In this document: piece by piece, positions 46,714-59,226 of the stretch
Layout: each line of letters begins with the position of its first letter
How positions within the stretch are numbered: the first letter of the stretch is position 1
Origin: Monocercomonoides exilis PA203
Lineage: Eukaryota; Protista; Preaxostyla
Length of the DNA: 64,000 nt
NCBI GenBank assembly: GCA_001643675.2
Contig: LSRY02000011.1
Span: 496,001 to 560,000, forward strand
Direction: 5' to 3'
Made by a program: the position numbers and the translations under genes
The notes under the pieces: generated by a model
Told to the model about the DNA's origin: nothing
What the model saw: only the letters and a program-made list of their open reading frames with translations
Database searches by the model: none

Positions 46714-47385
46714 TTAAACCCAATCTCTTTGAAGAAAGATCTTAATATGCCGTGTGATGGGCGGGATCACAAGTGATTGAAGTCAAACGGACTCTGAAGT
46801 TGTTTTTTTAACATATCACCTTATGGAGATGCTTTATTTCAGATTCATAAAAACAAAAAGAATGTAATTATTACGAACAATTGTAACAATCACATGAGAA
46901 ACGGTTTTGACATGGAATGTCAAAATCATGTTTTTTTGTTTATTTTTGAGAATCACTAAAATTTGGATATTTTCTATATTTTGTTCAATTAATAGTTGAA
47001 TTTGCTATTAATATTCAATAATTATTTCAAAAAAATTTTCTGAAGAATTTTTCTTCAAATAAATGGCTTTCAAAGAATATTTGTTCGTAAAAATATATGT
47101 AAAGAAATATTAATACAATTTTCGATTTCGATAATGTTGAAGAATTGGATATTTGATAAACTGAGAAAAAGAATCCAATCATGTTGCCATTATAATATAA
47201 TTTTTGTTTAAAATTTTTAAAACTGATTTTTGTTGCAAACATTTCTGACAAATCGAAATTTTTATTGGTTATTTGTCAATAAATTAATATACCTATTTGA
47301 CAGAATTTTTTATGTTAAAAAAAGGAGATATTATAAGCAATAACTGAATTTTCATCATTGTTCACTTTTTGAAAAGCAAAGCAAA

Positions 47386-50300
47386 ATGGAAGGAACAAAG
47401 CATTCTTCAATACCTTGTAAGTTTACATTAGCACAAAAGAAATTTCATGGCAGAAAAAAACAAATTGTTCCCGAACTTATGATTCCAATTTCTTCAAAAT
47501 CAATGTCTTTGCAGCCTCATAATAAAGAAAACTGCATTTCACCAAGACAAACCGATTGTGAACTTCAAAGAAAAAGCGTATCACCTGTACTATTGCAAAG
47601 AAAAAATCAATCACGATCTGTTCTAGAAAATAATTATTCAAATAGATATTTTTCTCCTATACGACCGTCATATTTTCAATTTCAAGACAAGTTACCGCAA
47701 ACAGATCTTCCTGGCAATAAATTTAAAAATAACGTTCCAAATTTATCCTTGTTATCAACCGAAAAAGAGAATATAAGCTCCATGATATTAAGCAAGCAAA
47801 GTTTTTCAGATTTGTGCGCGAAACAAGACATAACAGACAACAAGGAATACAATTCATTTCAAAATGAAGAATTATTGTGTTGCACTCCAAAAAGTTTTTG
47901 TGATTTTCCTTTTGTGGATTTATTTCAAACACACCAATTGTCGCAGGAGCCAAAATTTTCCGCTTTTACGGAAGACCCCGAAGAAAATCGTGTTATGAAT
48001 AACATTTTGTCATCATCGATTCGTGTAATGCCGCAGTTAAATACAATTGGTTCATTAAATTACAACGAAAAAGAATATTTAACAGAAAGATATTTTTCTG
48101 ATGAAAGAATATCTGACCTTCTTGATGCCTCTCCATATAAATCAGATCACAACGAAATAAAGCCAAAAGAGGAAGATTCATTAATTAGTGACAACGAGTC
48201 AGGCAAAGAAGTAAAATCGCAATCATTCACATATTCAGATGAAGATCATGAGTGCAATGCCAGTGAACTTTTTTCAAAAAAAGTCGTATATGAAGCTTCT
48301 GCAAATGATGAAATGTTTCGAAAAAGTCAAAGAGACATAGAAATTGAGTCAAAAACAGAAAATGACGAAAAAACAATAGAAAAATCAACTGAAGATAGAA
48401 AGAGAATGATTGAATCAATTAAAAACGATTGGAAACTCCGAAAAACACAAGAATTATTCGCAAACCAAATGAAAAAAAGGATTGCAAAGCAAAAAGATCA
48501 GCAAATGCAGCTTAGCACAGAGAGGAGAATGGAAAGAGAACGGATGGCACAGTTAAAGGAAATAGAATCGCAGAGACTGAACGAAATGTCACTTCAGAAA
48601 TGGAGAGGTCTGCTGAAAATAGGAGAAAAAGGAGAGAAGAAAGGAAGGAGAAGGAGAAGGGGCAGACGGATATTCAACAAGGAAGGAGAGGAAGATGATT
48701 TTTATGAAGAGGATGATGAAATTGAAGAGAGTGAAGACTCAGACAAAGACAAGAAAGAGACCAAAGAAGAGAAAAACGATGCATCAAAAAAGAATAGTAC
48801 GCTCTTTGCGGATGAATCAATAGCAACGCTGCTGACACATTCCCTAATTACTCCCTTGTCATCTACAACGCCTTTGCCCCAGTCGCCTCTGCCGTGTCCT
48901 CTCACTCCACCTGCAATCTCAGGAACTCAAATGTTATTTTCTTATGGAGCAAGTCGGATAACAACACCGAATAAAAGAGAACAAGGTTCAAAAGTTAGAA
49001 ACTCTCCTTCAACTTGTGCTGCCAATCCAAACTCAAATTCAACTTCTTTAACAGATCGCACTCCAAAATCGGCAAGAGCAATTAATAAAAGTGAAGGGCA
49101 AGTTCATCATTATCCAATTTCTGCGTTTCAAACGGATGAAGCAGAAGGATTCGTTTTTCAGAAGATTGCTTCCGATTCTAATTCAACCAGAACTCCTACA
49201 CCCGGTGACGATTCTTCAAAGGCTGATGTGCTTAATACGCCCCGGCGCAGCTCATCTCCTTTCACATTCAGATTGAGCCACCAGAGTCCCATTGACTGTT
49301 CAGGTGATCGCACTTCTCATTTGTCTTCTTCTTCAACATCTTCTTCTTCTTCTAATTCAAACATTACTGATTCATTGCCAATTCGACAGTCATTTGCTTT
49401 ATCTCAAAACATCAAATCATTATCTCCTTATTCTTCTGAGAGTCTCGAAAATGATTCATTCAAAAGTCACTCGATCGAATCCATTCCGAAATTGTCTGCT
49501 TTGACAGAATGGCAAAGACCTGTGGACAGCTTTCCTTCTCAGAGAGGATTTGCAACAGCCTCAACAAGCAGAAGGAACTTCAGCAACTTTCACGTACCGT
49601 GGAGAATTAAAGAGCCACGAAGGGACATTTTGTGGCAACTGGAAACAGAACGGAAAAGGAAAGAAGAAAGAAAAGAGATGAAATGCAGAATGAATGGGAG
49701 TTTTGGCAGAGTAACATCTGATTCAAATGGCTGTGGAAGTGCAGCTGATAGCACTTTTGAACTACACAAGGAAAATGCGGATGGGTTTTCTGAACTTAAA
49801 AACGATAAAAATGGGGACTTGATTTCTCAAATGAAAGGAGGAAAAGAGGGAGGGCTGTCAGAATCTTCTGTTAGTCCTTCTTCTCCGTCTGTCTCCATGC
49901 GCAATTCTTCGTTTCTTTCACCAAATTCATTAAACAATTCACTTTCGCCAAGTCAAAGTGTTGGCTCTTCACGCCAAAGCCCAAGAAGTCCCACTTCGAG
50001 TTATGTGGAGCGCATCAAGTCTGCATACATTCAGTCCAGCTGGCCTTTTTCCTCAACATCGCCAGCTCATATGCCTTTCTCAATCTTTCCAGAATCTTCT
50101 CTTTCCTCAAACTATCCTTCTATTTCTTCACCAAGGTCACCCACATCTTCGCTATCTTCAACACATTCTCCTATACGTTATTCATCTTCTCCTTCACATG
50201 CGCTTCGTTCTCCTTTTTCTCGTCGCCGTTTTCAAATACCTCGCTCACCCAAAGATTTGCCTTACTTGCAGAATTGCTTCCCAGAGCAGACGGACGTTAG

Positions 50301-53022
50301 CCAACCGAGTAATGAGACTGAACATGGCGAAGCATCTAGCTCATCGGCTTCTTTGAAGCGGTCTTCCTCATCTCGTTCAACAGCAATTACACAGCAGCCA
50401 AGGGCATTCGTTGCCACAAAGCTTCCAGCCGACGTCATTCATACCAAGATGAGATTGTTTGATGCAGCTATCACAGAGTTTCTGAACAGCACAAAATGGG
50501 AAATGAATGAAGTTGCAGCATTGTTCCGATTGGGGCGTGAAGCTGGTCTTCTTCAGGATGCACTTCTGATTGATGTCTGCGAATCTCAAAGATTGGAGAA
50601 TGAGTCATTTGCAGAGTCGACATTGGAAAGATCAAATGGAATGATGGGACAAATGAGCGATTCTTTTGATCAAACTCAAAAACCTAAGGAGTCAAGCGAT
50701 TCTTCAACTACTGGCTTTGCTTCATCATCATCATCATCATCTTCTTCTTCTTCTTCTTCTTCTTCTTTTTCTTCTTCTTTTTCTTCTTCTTCTTCTTCTT
50801 CTTCTTCTTCTTCTTCTTCTTCTTCTTCTTCTTCTTCTTCTTCTTCTTCTTCTTCTTCTTCTCAAGATCAATCTTCAAAAACGACGCCTTCTCTTATTCT
50901 TGGCAGCTATGACATTGACAGCTGTCTCCAGCCTGATGAGTTTTCTGTTTTTTTAATGAAATTAGGTGTGCGAAGTGAAAAGATGAGAGAACAATTGTAT
51001 TGGAACCTCACTCTGAGTGGAATAGAAATAGAGCGCTGTGCCCATGCTATTGGCGGGTGTGATGGTTTGCCTGAAGCAAAGAAGGATTCACATGCAACGT
51101 CGAATTCCCTTTTACCCACTTCATCGACAAGTGCTCTTCCTCATCCAGGGCATCATCTGAACAACATTCTGCTTCATCCTCTGCTGAAGGAATTATACAA
51201 TAGAAGAACAAAAGAGCCATTGCTGGAAAACAGAAACACACCTGTCTCGGTTGTTGAGGTGATGCAATGGATTGAGAAGGAACATAAAAATACAAAATCT
51301 CGCTCAGGAAAAAATGAAGCAAAGAAAGAAAAAACAGGCAAGAAAGATTCTACTGAAAATGAAAGTTGTTCAAAACTGACTGAAGAAGAGAAAAACGAAG
51401 AAGAGAGAATTAGGACAGACATTGGGTTTCCGTTTGTAACACAACAGATGCATCTGACTCTGCGGAGACTTCTTTTGGTAATTTCATGTGTAGCTTTGTG
51501 TTCGCAAAAGGCAAGTGCAAAAATGGAAAGAGAAAAAGAAAGAAACCTGTTAAATATTGGTGAGAACGATATATCCCTCGATCAAGAATTTGAGCAGGAA
51601 GCAGATATTGAAGAAACAAAATCATCAGTTGCGCGCTTTACAAGTATTAAAAGTGACCGTTCGAATTCTGGAAGTACCACACCTTCTTCAAAAATTACTC
51701 GCACAGTTCTTCTTCCTCATATTCTTCCCGCGAATTTCATTCCATTTTCAGTAACTCGGTTTTTGTTCCGTTTGTTTTCACTTCGATATTCGAAAAAAGC
51801 ACGAAAGCAAATCTTATCTGACTCGTTGTCTGCTTCAATGAAAGTAACAATTAAAGAAGAGATTGCTTTGACTGGTAGCAGCATCTCTTCTCTTCTGCAT
51901 GATTTGCATCCATACATTGTGCAGGATGACTTGCTTGTGTTGATATCAGCTGTATTTCTTAAACACGATATCAGACGCAGTGGAATGCTAACGTTTACTG
52001 AACTGTTTGAGGGGATTAAGAGCGAGAGAGAAGGCAAAAGGGAAATGAAAAATTCAATTGGTGAATCAAAAGAATCAGCAGATGACAAAAATATGTCTGT
52101 GAATCATCACAGTGAAGGAGAAGCTGAAGAAATAGATTACACCCCAAGAGTGTTGATGACACTATGTGTTTTAATCAATCAGATCTGGCTGCGTGCGAAT
52201 GAGGACTCAAAAGCTCAAAAAGCAACATTGAAAGATTCACTTTTAATCGAAAGAAACAGACGAAGAGATTCAGTGAGTCATTCGATTCGATTGAGTGAAA
52301 CAACAAAAGAAAGCAACAAAGAATCACCAAAGATTTCTGATAATTCGAAGCTGGTGAAATCACCGCGGATGGGATATACTTCCCCAAAGAAAGCACGCTC
52401 AAGACCAACTCCGACTCAAGTGAAGAAAGCCAAAATTACAAATGAGAAAACTTTGCGCAGGAATTCTTCACATTCTTTTTCGAGACTGCGCCTTGCAGAT
52501 CTCTCAAAGCCCTTGCATGTGGCATTGAAATCAACACCTTTCCGATTTGAGCCCAACAGTGATGAATATTATGGCAGATGGAGATTGATGGATCCACAGA
52601 GCTGCAGTATGATGAGCTGGCGCCGGAAAGAGGGCACAACTGGCATATTTGTGATGTGCGGGGAGGAGCTGGCAACGAGGAAGATTGTGGATATTGAGCT
52701 GCTTTTTGACAGGCAGCTGTGGAATGAGGCAGACGCAGCAGTGTGGTGGGGGTTGAATGGAGGGAAATGGAAGAGAAAATGGAGGAAAGAGCAATGGGCA
52801 GACAGAGAAATTGATGCGAATAAGAGGCTCCCACGAAGATATGGAAGGAAAACAACAGGAAACGGGAGAAAAGGAGAGCTAAAAGCAGAGAAAAGTATTA
52901 AACATGAAGAAGAAGATGATGATGATGATGAGCTGGAGGCTGTTCATATTGCCGAACCTGTTTTGAGTTATCTTGATTCATTGAAAGTTAAAAGCTCAAT
53001 GGGCGGAGTATTTAGCTTCTGA
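47386..53022 (+). CDS. 1,878-aa hypothetical protein: charged coiled-coil, poly-Ser, degenerate EF-hand-like loop, Trp-rich C-terminal domain
   Basis: Single open frame. FLKHDIRRSGMLTFTELF resembles an EF-hand (D1, S5, G6, T9, E12, with position 3 degenerate). Confidence 0.85.
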   Translation: MEGTKHSSIPCKFTLAQKKFHGRKKQIVPELMIPISSKSMSLQPHNKENCISPRQTDCELQRKSVSPVLLQRKNQSRSVLENNYSNRYFSPIRPSYFQFQDKLPQTDLPGNKFKNNVPNLSLLSTEKENISSMILSKQSFSDLCAKQDITDNKEYNSFQNEELLCCTPKSFCDFPFVDLFQTHQLSQEPKFSAFTEDPEENRVMNNILSSSIRVMPQLNTIGSLNYNEKEYLTERYFSDERISDLLDASPYKSDHNEIKPKEEDSLISDNESGKEVKSQSFTYSDEDHECNASELFSKKVVYEASANDEMFRKSQRDIEIESKTENDEKTIEKSTEDRKRMIESIKNDWKLRKTQELFANQMKKRIAKQKDQQMQLSTERRMERERMAQLKEIESQRLNEMSLQKWRGLLKIGEKGEKKGRRRRRGRRIFNKEGEEDDFYEEDDEIEESEDSDKDKKETKEEKNDASKKNSTLFADESIATLLTHSLITPLSSTTPLPQSPLPCPLTPPAISGTQMLFSYGASRITTPNKREQGSKVRNSPSTCAANPNSNSTSLTDRTPKSARAINKSEGQVHHYPISAFQTDEAEGFVFQKIASDSNSTRTPTPGDDSSKADVLNTPRRSSSPFTFRLSHQSPIDCSGDRTSHLSSSSTSSSSSNSNITDSLPIRQSFALSQNIKSLSPYSSESLENDSFKSHSIESIPKLSALTEWQRPVDSFPSQRGFATASTSRRNFSNFHVPWRIKEPRRDILWQLETERKRKEERKEMKCRMNGSFGRVTSDSNGCGSAADSTFELHKENADGFSELKNDKNGDLISQMKGGKEGGLSESSVSPSSPSVSMRNSSFLSPNSLNNSLSPSQSVGSSRQSPRSPTSSYVERIKSAYIQSSWPFSSTSPAHMPFSIFPESSLSSNYPSISSPRSPTSSLSSTHSPIRYSSSPSHALRSPFSRRRFQIPRSPKDLPYLQNCFPEQTDVSQPSNETEHGEASSSSASLKRSSSSRSTAITQQPRAFVATKLPADVIHTKMRLFDAAITEFLNSTKWEMNEVAALFRLGREAGLLQDALLIDVCESQRLENESFAESTLERSNGMMGQMSDSFDQTQKPKESSDSSTTGFASSSSSSSSSSSSSSSFSSSFSSSSSSSSSSSSSSSSSSSSSSSSSSSQDQSSKTTPSLILGSYDIDSCLQPDEFSVFLMKLGVRSEKMREQLYWNLTLSGIEIERCAHAIGGCDGLPEAKKDSHATSNSLLPTSSTSALPHPGHHLNNILLHPLLKELYNRRTKEPLLENRNTPVSVVEVMQWIEKEHKNTKSRSGKNEAKKEKTGKKDSTENESCSKLTEEEKNEEERIRTDIGFPFVTQQMHLTLRRLLLVISCVALCSQKASAKMEREKERNLLNIGENDISLDQEFEQEADIEETKSSVARFTSIKSDRSNSGSTTPSSKITRTVLLPHILPANFIPFSVTRFLFRLFSLRYSKKARKQILSDSLSASMKVTIKEEIALTGSSISSLLHDLHPYIVQDDLLVLISAVFLKHDIRRSGMLTFTELFEGIKSEREGKREMKNSIGESKESADDKNMSVNHHSEGEAEEIDYTPRVLMTLCVLINQIWLRANEDSKAQKATLKDSLLIERNRRRDSVSHSIRLSETTKESNKESPKISDNSKLVKSPRMGYTSPKKARSRPTPTQVKKAKITNEKTLRRNSSHSFSRLRLADLSKPLHVALKSTPFRFEPNSDEYYGRWRLMDPQSCSMMSWRRKEGTTGIFVMCGEELATRKIVDIELLFDRQLWNEADAAVWWGLNGGKWKRKWRKEQWADREIDANKRLPRRYGRKTTGNGRKGELKAEKSIKHEEEDDDDDELEAVHIAEPVLSYLDSLKVKSSMGGVFSF
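50721..50862 (+). repeat. (TCA/TCT)n trinucleotide run encoding a long poly-Ser tract
   Basis: Seen directly; in frame within the 47386-53022 ORF. Confidence 0.95.
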
Positions 53023-53393
53023 ATATCGCTTTATGAGGAAGTTGTTGAATTAAATATTTTCTATTCTTTTTTGAAAAATTTTATTTTTAATATAGAAAAG
53101 ACCTTTTTCAAAGAAAGAAATAAATCACTCGCTTAATATGCAATATTTAGATATTTTTTAGGATTTCAAAAGTCAAATAACACGTTGCACAACGTATTTC
53201 ATTTTAAAAATTGTGGTTTAAATTTTGACTTGACATTTTTTCTCATTTAAAAATTATAAGTCGCGGATCAAAATTTTTTTGTCTTTTGGGCATCACTCTT
53301 TATAAATTGGATCTTAGCGCGTAAAGATCCATTTTTCTTTGTCTTTATTTCAAATTTTATTTCTTTTATCGGCTGAAGCTTGCCTTTTTCAAA

Positions 53394-56300
53394 ATGAAAT
53401 CAAGGAAAGAACAGCTTTCTTTTTTATCTTCTTGTCATTCCAGATCCACTTTATCGCGCTTCAACACGGATAATTGCCCAGGAAATAAATCTTCTGTATT
53501 TTTGGCAAAGAAATATTTTGAAGAAACTCGATCTCTTTTTCAGCAATCTTCATCAACAAATGAGTCTGAGCACAGTTTTAACATTTGGATTATTCCTGTA
53601 ATTTTTGGAGTCTGCGCAATTATTGGAGTGACTTTGTTTTTTTGGATTTACTGTTGCTACAATAAGCGAAAAAGGAGAAAAGCTGAATCTTCTTTAGGCA
53701 TCAAAAAAGAGGTAACAACAAACAAAAGCATTTCTTCAAGCTCATTAAATAATAAAAGACTTATCGAAATGACTACTATTGAGCCAGTTCAAGCAATGTC
53801 TAATATTCATGATGCGGGATTACATGAACAAGCTCGTTCTCGTTTTAATGATATCGATTGTGAACTTTCTTCAACAGCAACTATAAAAGAAAAAGAACTG
53901 CAAGAAACTTCGCCCAACGGATTGTATGACAGATCTTGTTGTATTAATGAAACAACGGAGGGATCAATCACTCCTCCTTCAGAAATAAAAATACTTCTAC
54001 CGCAGCCAAAATTATCAATGGCATCACCATTTCTAGTAACTTCTTCTTCAAACTCATTCTCCTCTTTGATTTTATCATCATCAGCAACATCTTCACCTTC
54101 CCTCAACTCCCCTTGTATATTGGTAACTTCTTCACCTTCGTCTTTTTATCCTGATTCCGCTTTTTCTCCTCTCCAGCCAGCGTTGCATGAGTCAGTTAGA
54201 CAGATGCCAGAGCAGACAGCAATAGACCCCGTTCCAAACATGCTGCGTCTGCACCACCCTGCTCCGCTGGCGCCGTCTTCTTCATTCAATCTGCCAAAAA
54301 GCAGTTCCTCATGCTCCATGTCTTCAACTTCGACAACTCCTTCTGCATGTCCCAATGAAGGCGCAGTGCCAAACATAAGCTCATCGAATTCGCTGCTTCC
54401 TTCACCCGACCCTCGCAGCATGCCCAACGACATCTCGTTGCAGCCTTCAGACCAGCTCTCAAACTCTTCTTCTTCTGCTTCCTCATCTTCGTCAACTACT
54501 TCGTCTCCTTCATCTTCCTCCTCTTCTTCATCTTCTGGTTCCTCCTCCTCTTCTTCCTCCTCCTCCTCTTCTTCTTCTTCTTCTTCTTCCTCTACTTCTT
54601 CCTCTTCCTTCTTCATCCCACACTACTCCGCCCGTTCTGAATGCTCCTCTGCCTCCAGCATGGACATCGCATCCACCCCCTTTTCATTCTACAGCACTCT
54701 CATCCTCAACTCCAACACCACCTCTTCTCTTCAGTCTGACCTGTACACTCGAATGTCCTGCCCTTCCTCGCCCAACAGAGCCTCTTCTGCAACTGATAGC
54801 TCGCTGCTCCCAAACATCCGACGCTCCACCACAAGCTTCGCTGCCCCGCCTGTCTGCTTCTCTGACTCACTCTCGCCTTCTGCGTATGCTCATGCTCATC
54901 CTCCTGCGCCTGCCCCTGCTCCATCTTCCTGGTTGTTTTCGACTGTGCCTTCATTATCGACATCATCTTATTCCTCTTCCTCCTCCTCCTCTTCTTCTTC
55001 TTCTTCTTGTTCTTCTTCTTCTTCCTTTTCAGCATCTTCTGCCCTGATCACAGCCGCAGCAGCCACTTCCTCTCTATCTCGCCGATCCTCCCTCACTCTT
55101 TCCCCTCTCCACTCATTTTTCCAGTCATCCAATCGTCCTCCTCTTCCGTTCCCTCCTTCTTCTTCTGCGTCTGCGTCTGCTTCTGCTTCTGCTTCTGTTT
55201 CTGCTGCTATTTCTGCTTCTTCTTCTGTTTCCTCTGCTTCTTCTTCTTCTTCTTCTTCTTCTTCTTCTTCTGTTTCTGCTAACAGCGCATTTGCTTCCTC
55301 AGCACACCATTCTCATTCAATCTACCCTCCAAAGCGAACGTCTTCTTCTCCGCCTTCTCTCTCTCACTCACCTAAACTCCAATTTGTAAGTACTTTTAAC
55401 TCTTCTTCCTCTGCTGCTTCTTCTGCTGCTTCTTCTGCTGCTTCTTCTGCTGCTGCTTCTTCTTCTCAACTTCCTCCTCCTCCCCAACCTCAACCTCAAT
55501 CTCTTGACTGTGATTCATCGTCTCCTTTACAATCTTCTTTATCTTCATTGCAATGTTCTTCTCCTTCTCATTCGCCTTCTCATTCGCCTTCTCACTCACC
55601 TTCTCCTTCTACCCTCCCTTCTTCTTTTTCGATTTCTTTATCCTCTCCCACTTTATCTTCATTGTCTGCTTCTCCTTCTCCTTCTTCTTCCCATTCATCG
55701 TCCCCTGCTTCTTCTCCTTCATCCTCTCCTGCTTCTTCCCCAGTTTCTCCTTCTTCCCCTTCTTCCCCTTCTTCCCCTCATTCCCCTCATTCTCTTCCTT
55801 CCTCTCTCTCCTCCCCCTCATTCGCCCTCAGCCCATCGCCTGCCAAACACCCTGCCTCTTCACAGCAGCTGAGCACAAGCGCATTCATCACTCACACAAA
55901 CCTTGCTCGCCCTCTTTCTCTGCCCACAAAGAATGACCTGCTCTTCGAAGAGGATATTTCTTCACCAGCTTTGGCTGCTGTACCTGATTCTGTTTCTTAT
56001 TCGAATTCTGATTATGTTTCTGTATCAGATGATGCTGCATTGAAACCTTCTTCTTCTTCTTCTTTCCCATCATCCTCCTCTCCCTCTTCTATACCATCAA
56101 CCCATGTTCCATCAACACCCCATATTGTGCCGTCTTCTATTTATTCCTCTCCTCCTCTGCCTGCTGCAACACCCCCGCTGCTGCATCCAGGCAGCTCCGC
56201 TTTACATAATGCATCCACTCCATTCACTCCCACTCCATTCACATCTTCTTCATTCACATCCACCCCTTCGTTCACATCCACTCCTTCGTTCACATCCACA

Positions 56301-59185
56301 CACACTTATTCATTCGCCCCTTCATATACACCTTCATTCACCCACACTCCATTCACCTCTTCGTTCACCCCTTCGTTCCATCAATCATTCACCCCTTCAT
56401 TCCCCCCTTCATCCACCCCTTCATACAACTCCACCATCACTCCATTATTCAATGCCACTTTCAGTTCCACGTTTAATTCCACTATCACTTCCACCCCGTC
56501 TTCTTCATTTGCATCCACATCCACATATTCATCCACATATTCATCCACAAATCATATCAACGTTAGTTCCTCTTCCAAGCAAACACACCTTTCTCCTCCT
56601 CCTCCTCCTCCTCCTATTTTTATGCTTTCTGCTCAAGCCACATCACAGCCACTACATGAGCCTTATGAATCTTTAGTGCCTTCTCTATCACGTCCTTCTT
56701 CTTCTTCTGTTATTGCTGCTTCTTCTGCTTCTGATAATGATGATGCTGCTGCTGATGACGATAAAGATGATAACTCTTCAGAACATTCAACCAACTTCCA
56801 TCAGCTGTTATTCTGCTCCTCACACTTGTCTAACATACCTCAAAGAAAAGATGATGATCAAAGAACAGGTAATAGCAATGACTATAACAAAGATACTGAT
56901 ACTGATAATAACATTGGTAATAACAATAACAATTGTGGTATTGGCATCAATACTAGAGACAGTGTGAGCAACAACAGAAGCAGCAGCAATGGAGAATTCA
57001 GTGAATATGCTGATGATAGAAAATGTAATAATAATAATTATAATAATAGCCATATTGGTAATGTCTGTGATGATAATGGAAATAGTAGTAATAGCAATAA
57101 CAATGCTGATATTCCATTGACGTATCCACAGAAAGCAGCAGAGTTGGCTTTGAACACTGCTGCAGTTGATTTGTCTCTTCAGCATTCATCTCAATCATCA
57201 TTGCCTTCTTCTTCTTTATCCTCCTCATCCTTGTCCTCATCATCGACTTCTGTTATTCATTCCTCTTCATCTTCTCTTTCTACCTCCTCTTCTTCTTCTT
57301 CTTCCTCCTCCTCCTCCTCCTCCTCCTTATCACCATCCACCAATCATTTATTAGATGTCATTCAGACACCACATTCATCACATACTTCTCTTCCTCTTCC
57401 TCTTCCTCTTCCTCTCTCTTCACAGCCAGATGACATGAAAGCATTGTCATTCACTCAGCCTTCTTCCACCACACCTTCTGAACATAATGTTCCTCTTCTT
57501 TCTTTTCCTGCTTCAAAGACTGATATAATTGAATCATCGTCATCGTCATCTTCTTCTTCTTTGTCTTCATTATCCTCTTCTACAAATTCATCTTCATTGC
57601 GTTTCCCTTCTTCTTCTTCCTCATCATCATCATCATCATTGTTATTATCAACAACCTCAACCTCATCATCATCATCATTAGCATCACCCCATTTAGATTC
57701 CACTCCATCCTCTGTTCATCCTTCTTCCTCATCAGATCGTCCTGCATTTGCAGCGACATACAAATTAGCTCTTCCTCTTCCTCCTCTTCCTCCTCCTCCT
57801 CCACCTCCTCCTCTATTCTCTATTCTCTCTTTATCTACTGTCTCTTCAGTCAGACCTTCTTCTTCTAATGCTTCTTCTTCTTCTTCTTCTTCTTCTTCTA
57901 TTTCATCATCATCTTCTTCTTCTTCTGTTCCTGTTACTATTCCTATTTCTGCTTCTATTTCGGGTTCTACAATGATTAACAGTACACCCGCGGTTATTTC
58001 TCCGCTTTCTTTATCTTTATCAGCTTCCTCTCCTTCTCCTTCTCCTTCTCCTTCTCCTTCTCCTTCTCCTTCTTCAGCTTCCACTTCCGCATCTTCTTCT
58101 TCCTCTTCCTCTTCCTCTTCCTCTCTTTCTCCTTCTTCTGCTGTAACGCCATCATCATCAACAACTATCTCCATTCCCACTGCACCTTCCTCTGCATCTT
58201 CTTCTTCTTCTTCTTCTTCCGTATCTTCTTCCTCTTACTCAAATTCCTCCTCCTCCTCTTCTTCTTCTTCCTCTTCCTCTTCCATATCCCCTTCCTTCAC
58301 ACCCGAAAAGAGTTCAATCAGATCTGTCTTCATCAACAAAGCAGTCAGTTCATATTTCAGCAGCTTTGTTGAGTCTCCTTCAGACATCACTCGAATTAGC
58401 CTGCCAAACACACAAATATCACCCAGTGAGTTGAAAAACGTGAAGTTGAATGCTTCTTCTTCTTCTTCTTCTTCTTCTTCTTCTTCTATGTCTTCTTCTT
58501 CTGTGGTAATAACAACTGGAAAGGATAAAGAAGATGAAGAAGAAGAAGAAGAGAGAAAGAAAGAAAAAGAAAGAGAAAGAGATATTTCGAATTGCAATGA
58601 GCAGATTATTCTTCGCCCGCCTTCTGCTGGAAGATTCTTGGATAATTCATCATCTTCAGCAAATGCATTGTCCATTCAATCACTCAATATGTCCTCACTA
58701 CCATCTTCTTCTGCTTCTGCTTCTTCTGCTTCTGTTTTTGCTCCGTCATCAATTGCAGCAGCAGCAACGACGACGACGAAAACTTCTTGTCCTTCTTCTT
58801 CTCCTTCTTCTTCCTCCTCCTCCTCCTCTTCTCTTCCAATCCCTCCACCCTCAGACAATTATCTCCAAACCTTGCCACTTTCTAAGCTTGCACTTGAATC
58901 TTCTCATCTCGTTGCCTCTCCTCCTTCTCATTCTGTATGTCTCCCGTTGGATTCTCAAACTTCACAGAAAATCGAAGAAAAACTGCTGCTTTCATCATTT
59001 TTGAGCTCTTCTTCTTCCTCTTTCTCTTCTTCTTCTTCTTCTTCTTCTTCCACTCCTCCTGTTATTCCTCCTCCTCCTCCAATCTCTGTTCTTCATTCTC
59101 TTCCCACTCTTCCACTTTCTCTTCCTTCTCTTCCTCTTCCTCTTCCTCTTCCTCTTCCTCTTCCTCTTCCTCCTGCTCCTACTCT

Positions 59186-59226
<41 letters not shown>

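Noticed and set aside
46752-46800. Possible C/D-box snoRNA (gtgatgg...ctga) upstream of the zinc-finger gene
   Set aside because: The C box is imperfect, the length is too short, and I recognise no rRNA complementarity; it is more likely 5' UTR or promoter sequence.
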